Shown in pieces: positions 59,322 through 64,000 of a stretch of DNA of 64,000 nucleotides; position 1 is the first letter of the stretch, and every line of letters starts with the position of its first letter. Both the position numbers and the translations under genes were made by a program. Source of the stretch: Nemertoderma westbladi (taxonomy: Eukaryota; Animalia; Xenacoelomorpha); assembly GCA_032718475.1 (NCBI GenBank), contig JAUCBJ010003973.1:1-64000 (forward strand), in the 5' to 3' direction. The notes under the pieces were generated by a model. That model saw only the letters and a list, made by a program, of their open reading frames with translations, was not told the origin of the DNA and ran no database searches.

Positions 59322-62300
59322 ATGAGCGATTCGGGCGAGACACCACCGCGGACCCCGGACGAAGACCTAACGATCCGCGAGGCCGCGACCAAACGATACA
59401 GGCCCACGACGCCGGAGCCATCGATAGTGGGCGGACCGGAAGTCGAGGATGAGGGGGGCCTGGAGCTCGAAGCCGAGCCAAGAGAAAGGGAGAGCGAGAA
59501 GGAGGGAGAAAGAGCGGAGTCGACACGGGACGGAGAAAGGCGCGCCGATGTCGCCGGCCAGCTACCGGCCGAGGGCGAGGAGCGGCCCACCGAAACGGTG
59601 ACGGTGGGGCCGACGGTGCGACGCCGGACGCGAAGAGACGGAACAAAGATCGGTACCGATGTCGCCGGCCAGCTACAGGCCGAGGGCGACGGACGGCCCA
59701 CCGGAACGGCGACGGTGGAGCCGCCGGTACGACGTCGAACCCGGAGGGAGAGGGGAGAAGTCGGCGACGAGGACGTCGGGGTTTCTGAGCGACTCCGACG
59801 CGCTTACATCGCAACCCGGAGGGTACTAAACGATGCTAAGAAGAAAGGGGCGAAAGTGGACGAGGTGAGACTGAGGAAGCGACTAGGTGAGTCGGATAAA
59901 CACTTTAGTTATCTAATACACTTTGAGCAGAGAGAGCTAGCCGAAACGAGGGCACATGAGATTGCCGTGGAACTATTGGAACTGTGGGAGCGTGGGGGTA
60001 TGGAACCTAGTGTAGGGCCAGTGTACATAGGGCCATACTCGGTCGATGCCCGGGGAATAAAACCGGTGGGTTGGAGGGGACTCGAAGGGGGCGAATCCGA
60101 GGTTAACTCCGAGGATTCGGCCTCGTCGGTCGGAGAAAGTTCCGGGAAGCGGGGGAGAGCCAGTGGGTCGGGAAGGCGGAGGGAATCCGTTACAACCGAT
60201 AAGTCTGCTACATCCTCCGTAAAAGAAAGACGGGTGAGAGAGATAGAGGCCAGACACCGTCTCAATCTAGCGGTGGAAGCTAATAGAGAAGTAGGTAGAC
60301 GGCTAGAGGAGGGGAGAGTGATGCTAGAGAGGGAAGCGGTGTCGATTAAAGAGTTAAGGGAAAGGGGCGAAAGGGCCGCGAGGAACCTTAGGGAGTATGA
60401 CGAGATAGAGTTGAGGGAAGAGAGGGAACGTGAGGCGAGAAAGGAAAGTGAACGCAGGGAGCGTGAGGCGAAAGAGGAAAGTGAACGCAGGGAGCGTGAG
60501 GCGAGAGAGGAAAGTGAACGCAAAGAGCGTAAGGCGAGAAGAAGAGAGGGGATTGTGAGAGAGATGGAATTGGTCGAGCAGAGAGAACGGGAGTCTAGCG
60601 AGAGAGTAGCAAGGGAGGAGAGTGGCAGAATAGAGTTAGAGAAACGGCGAGAGAAACTCCTAGAGTATACAGCTGTACACGCGCGCGATTTGGAACGGGC
60701 GCGGGCGGGAGTGTCTGAAAGCGGGGCCGGCTCGAGTATTTTTGAGGAGCCGAGGGCCGTAGATACATTTATTAATGCCCCACTGACAGGGACCGCACGA
60801 CAGACCCAGAACTGGTGTGACCGTACGGGCGGGGGGGGTAATAATAATGATGGTAAAGTAGGCGTTGTTAATATTGATAATACCGTATGGGACAACACTA
60901 ATCAAACCTTTATTGCAGGAAATACTTTACCTAGTGGTAGTAATTTAAATTTAAATCAGAACAATCCTAGTGTTAATGTAGGAGATAATCCTAATATTGA
61001 TGTAGTTACGCAAAATAATTCAAATAATCAAAATAATAATCCAAATTCGAACCTACAAAATAATTTAAATAACGCGATCACGCAAAATAATTCGAATAAT
61101 TTAAATAATGACCTAAATCCGAATTTACAAAATAATTCGGATAACGTGGCCGCCCAGAGTAATACAAACGATTTTGTTTTGGGCGAGCAAATTAATTCCG
61201 TTTCCAATATGGGTGTTATTAGTGTAGACACGTCGGGCCTACGTAACCAGGGAGCAGAGGGCCTGGTAGGCCACGTAGTTAGTAGACAGGGGGCAGAGGG
61301 CCTGGTAGGCCGCGTAGTTGGTAGACAGGAAGTAGAGGGCCTGGAAGGCCACGCAATAGCAGAGGGAGAGGCGGAGGTGAATAGACCCGACTGCGGTAGG
61401 GTTGATGTGTCGACTAGAGAGACATATAGTAGTGGGGCGAGAGGTAGCGAAGTTAGATGTAGCGAGTGGGGGGGGGCTACGAGCACCCCACGACAGAAAG
61501 TTAGCGGCGAGAGGGGGGGGGGGCAGAGAGTGTCCCACAGCCGTCAGCGGACAATGCGAGGGCCGAACAAGGTAAACCGCAACAACCGGCGACGGAAAGT
61601 AATAAGGGGATTGCGAGTATCCCCAGCGGCGTGCGATCGAGCAGAGAAAGACAGGTTGACGTCGCGAGAGGGCAGACGGAGCGTCGAGCCCGATCAGAGG
61701 AGGAAAGAAGAACAGTGGGGTTTAACCGGGAGGTCGACGAGAGATCTCGTGAGCGGGAATATTCCACTGATAGGAGAAGAGAGGAAGAGAGTAGTAGAAG
61801 TATCGCCGCAAACGATAGAAGAGCGAGGACGGACAGCGAGCCGTCGGTAGTCGAGGTGAGAACGGAGAGTCAGTGGGGTCGGACTCCGGGAGATTGCCGT
61901 CGCCCCGGAGGGATGCGATCCGGTGAGACGCATTACACGTCGAGAGAGGGGTACGCGATGTACCGGTACGAAGATGAAAACAGTGGAGAGGGGGGTCGAA
62001 GAGAAACTTTCCGACGGAATATACCTACCGATCGAGAATACGGTAGCCGCGGGGAGGATTATTCGAGAAGAATAAACTTCGATCCCGAGCAACATATGCA
62101 GACTGTAGGGCATACTGTAGGTCTTACTGCACATACCGTAGGCCATACTGAGAGAGGCAATGTAGGCGATAGGATAGCGCGGACAACGGGATTAAACCCG
62201 GAAGTCGCGGAATACATACCGGCGAGTAGGCCAGAAGCTGATAGGCCTATAGCGGTACCGGCACAGCAGTATGACTACAGCATGCAGGGACATAACATAT

Positions 62301-64000
62301 ACCCAGGGGAGGGGGGAATTATTGCGGATAGGTGTATGGGCCCCAACATATTAACATCAACCCCAGTACCAAACATACCGGTGGGGGGGGGACAGGGTGA
62401 CATTCCCCCATCACAATATCAACAATATACCCCAACAGGAACAAGAACAACGAGACCCCTAGATGAAAACAGGTCGTGTGATACAGACATATGGAGGGGG
62501 CCGCTACCCCCGATGACATATCCGAGTCAGAGAAGATCAAGAAATAGGACGGACGAACCGCACCAGACAGGGGAAACTATACAGCACCCGTCGAATCCAT
62601 TGGAAGCGCAGGCAATGGGGATGGCCACGTTGATCGATGCGTTGAAGACAAGGATCGAACTACCACCCGTGGAACCATTCAAATTCGATGGGAGTAGGCC
62701 GGAAGAATACCTACAGTTTCGGCGAATGTATAGTAACGAAATACTAACAAAAAACTTGACGCAGGCGGAGTGCCTAAAGTATCTACAAGTGTACACGGGA
62801 GGCCCAGCATACGATATCGTGAGGCAATACCAGGGAATAGAGGGCGGCTTCACGACAGCATGGCGGGCACTGGATAGAGAATACGGGCACCCGGCCAAGA
62901 TCATCAGGCAAACGCTGAGAGGCATAACATCGGGTGGCCTACAGGATAATCCCGTTAGCATTAAGACGTTTGCTAACAAAGTCGAGAAGGCGCTGATCGT
63001 GCTGAAGACGCTAGACGCGCCATACGAGCTCAACGCGTCCAATAACATTACCACGATAGCGCAGGCACTACCGAGCTGGCTGCGCAACAAATGGAGGAAG
63101 ATCGCTTTCTCCACCCGAGACAAGAAGGGTGCGGAACCAGGTTTAGAAGAAATGTCAAACTTCTTAAATTACGAGGCTGAACTAATAACGGACCCAGTCT
63201 ATAGTGAAGATAGCCTGGGAAAGGCACCAAAGACAGATCACTACAGGCCCAAGCCAGAGCACAATACATCAAACGCATTGCCGAGGCTCAGACAATCATT
63301 GCCATACGCAGCGACGCAGGGGACTACAAGTCCACAGACAAACGAAGATAAGACAACATCAAGGGACGGACAGGGGAACAATAACAACATAAATAAACAT
63401 AACCCCAGTACGTCCAGTAGGCCAAACCCAGTCAATAAGAATAGTAGGGACTTTGGTACGAATATAACTGCAATACGCAACGCATTGTATAAAGAGGGCT
63501 ACGACCCAAAGAGCAAATGCCAGTTACACGCAAATGCGCTTCATAAAACCATGAACTGCAGGTACTGGCAGGCGCTACCGAGGCAAGACCAGATAGATTA
63601 CGCGTCGAGCAATAAAATCTGCTCGCGATGTGTAAAGAGTGGACACAAGGCCAGGGAATGCCAAGAGAAGCCGGTCAAGTTTGGCCAAAGGAGAGGCCAG
63701 ACGATGGCAACGAGCACAGTAGGGGCGAAGAAGAGAGGAACAGTGCTACTTGGAATAGTACCAGTACGAGTGATCGGGGAAGGCAATCGATCAGTAACAA
63801 CACTAATGCTGGTTGATAGTGGAGCTGCCTTCACACTAGTTGAGGAATGGATAGCCGAAGAAATAGGGTTGAGAACGAGGCCAAGCAGGATGGCGGTGAC
63901 AACCATCTCTAGCAAGGACGAGGTCCTAGAGATGAGGACAGGACGGTGCGCAATTGCAGCAGTGGCACCAGGATGCGATTATGGGGCAACCATCGACCCC
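59322..64000 (+). CDS. BEL/Pao gag-protease polyprotein (runs off the window; one frameshift near the G11 run at 61513-61523)
   Basis: After the shift the frame is open to the window end: DUF1759-like LPPVEPFKFDGSRPEEYLQF..LKYL..TGGPA..AWRALDREYG, knuckles CSRCVKSGHKAREC, protease LVDSGAAFT. Confidence 0.9.

Noticed and set aside
59909-60898. 329-aa antisense ORF and similar antisense ORFs in the BEL regions
   Set aside because: Shadow frames of the purine-rich gag strand.

Overview
AT-rich, transposon-saturated animal genomic DNA. It contains three host protein-coding genes, all on the minus strand and each with an uninterrupted single-exon CDS: an SLC35G-type EamA transporter, a Cys-rich secreted/GPI-type protein, and a 2019-aa NFAT5. 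Most of the rest is mobile DNA: MULE-, hAT- and piggyBac-type non-autonomous elements (often nested several deep, with readable TSDs), CR1, RTE and CRE non-LTR fragments, tRNA-SINEs, BEL/Pao LTR elements and satellites. Four observations stand out. (1) Two different Pol III/tRNA-derived elements each carry a minimal type I hammerhead ribozyme, one with the ribozyme placed between the A and B boxes. (2) A recurring 8-bp insertion signature (5-bp duplication + CTG/CAG) matches the termini and TSD of a long-TIR element in the window, so these are probably excision footprints. (3) A frameshifted >1100-aa gene combines a WRN/EXD-type DEDDy exonuclease with CCHC knuckles; it looks like cargo of a large retroelement and is interrupted by a BEL element. 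(4) That unit carries four copies of a frame-independent 20-bp palindrome. All calls come from reading the sequence; no searches were run.
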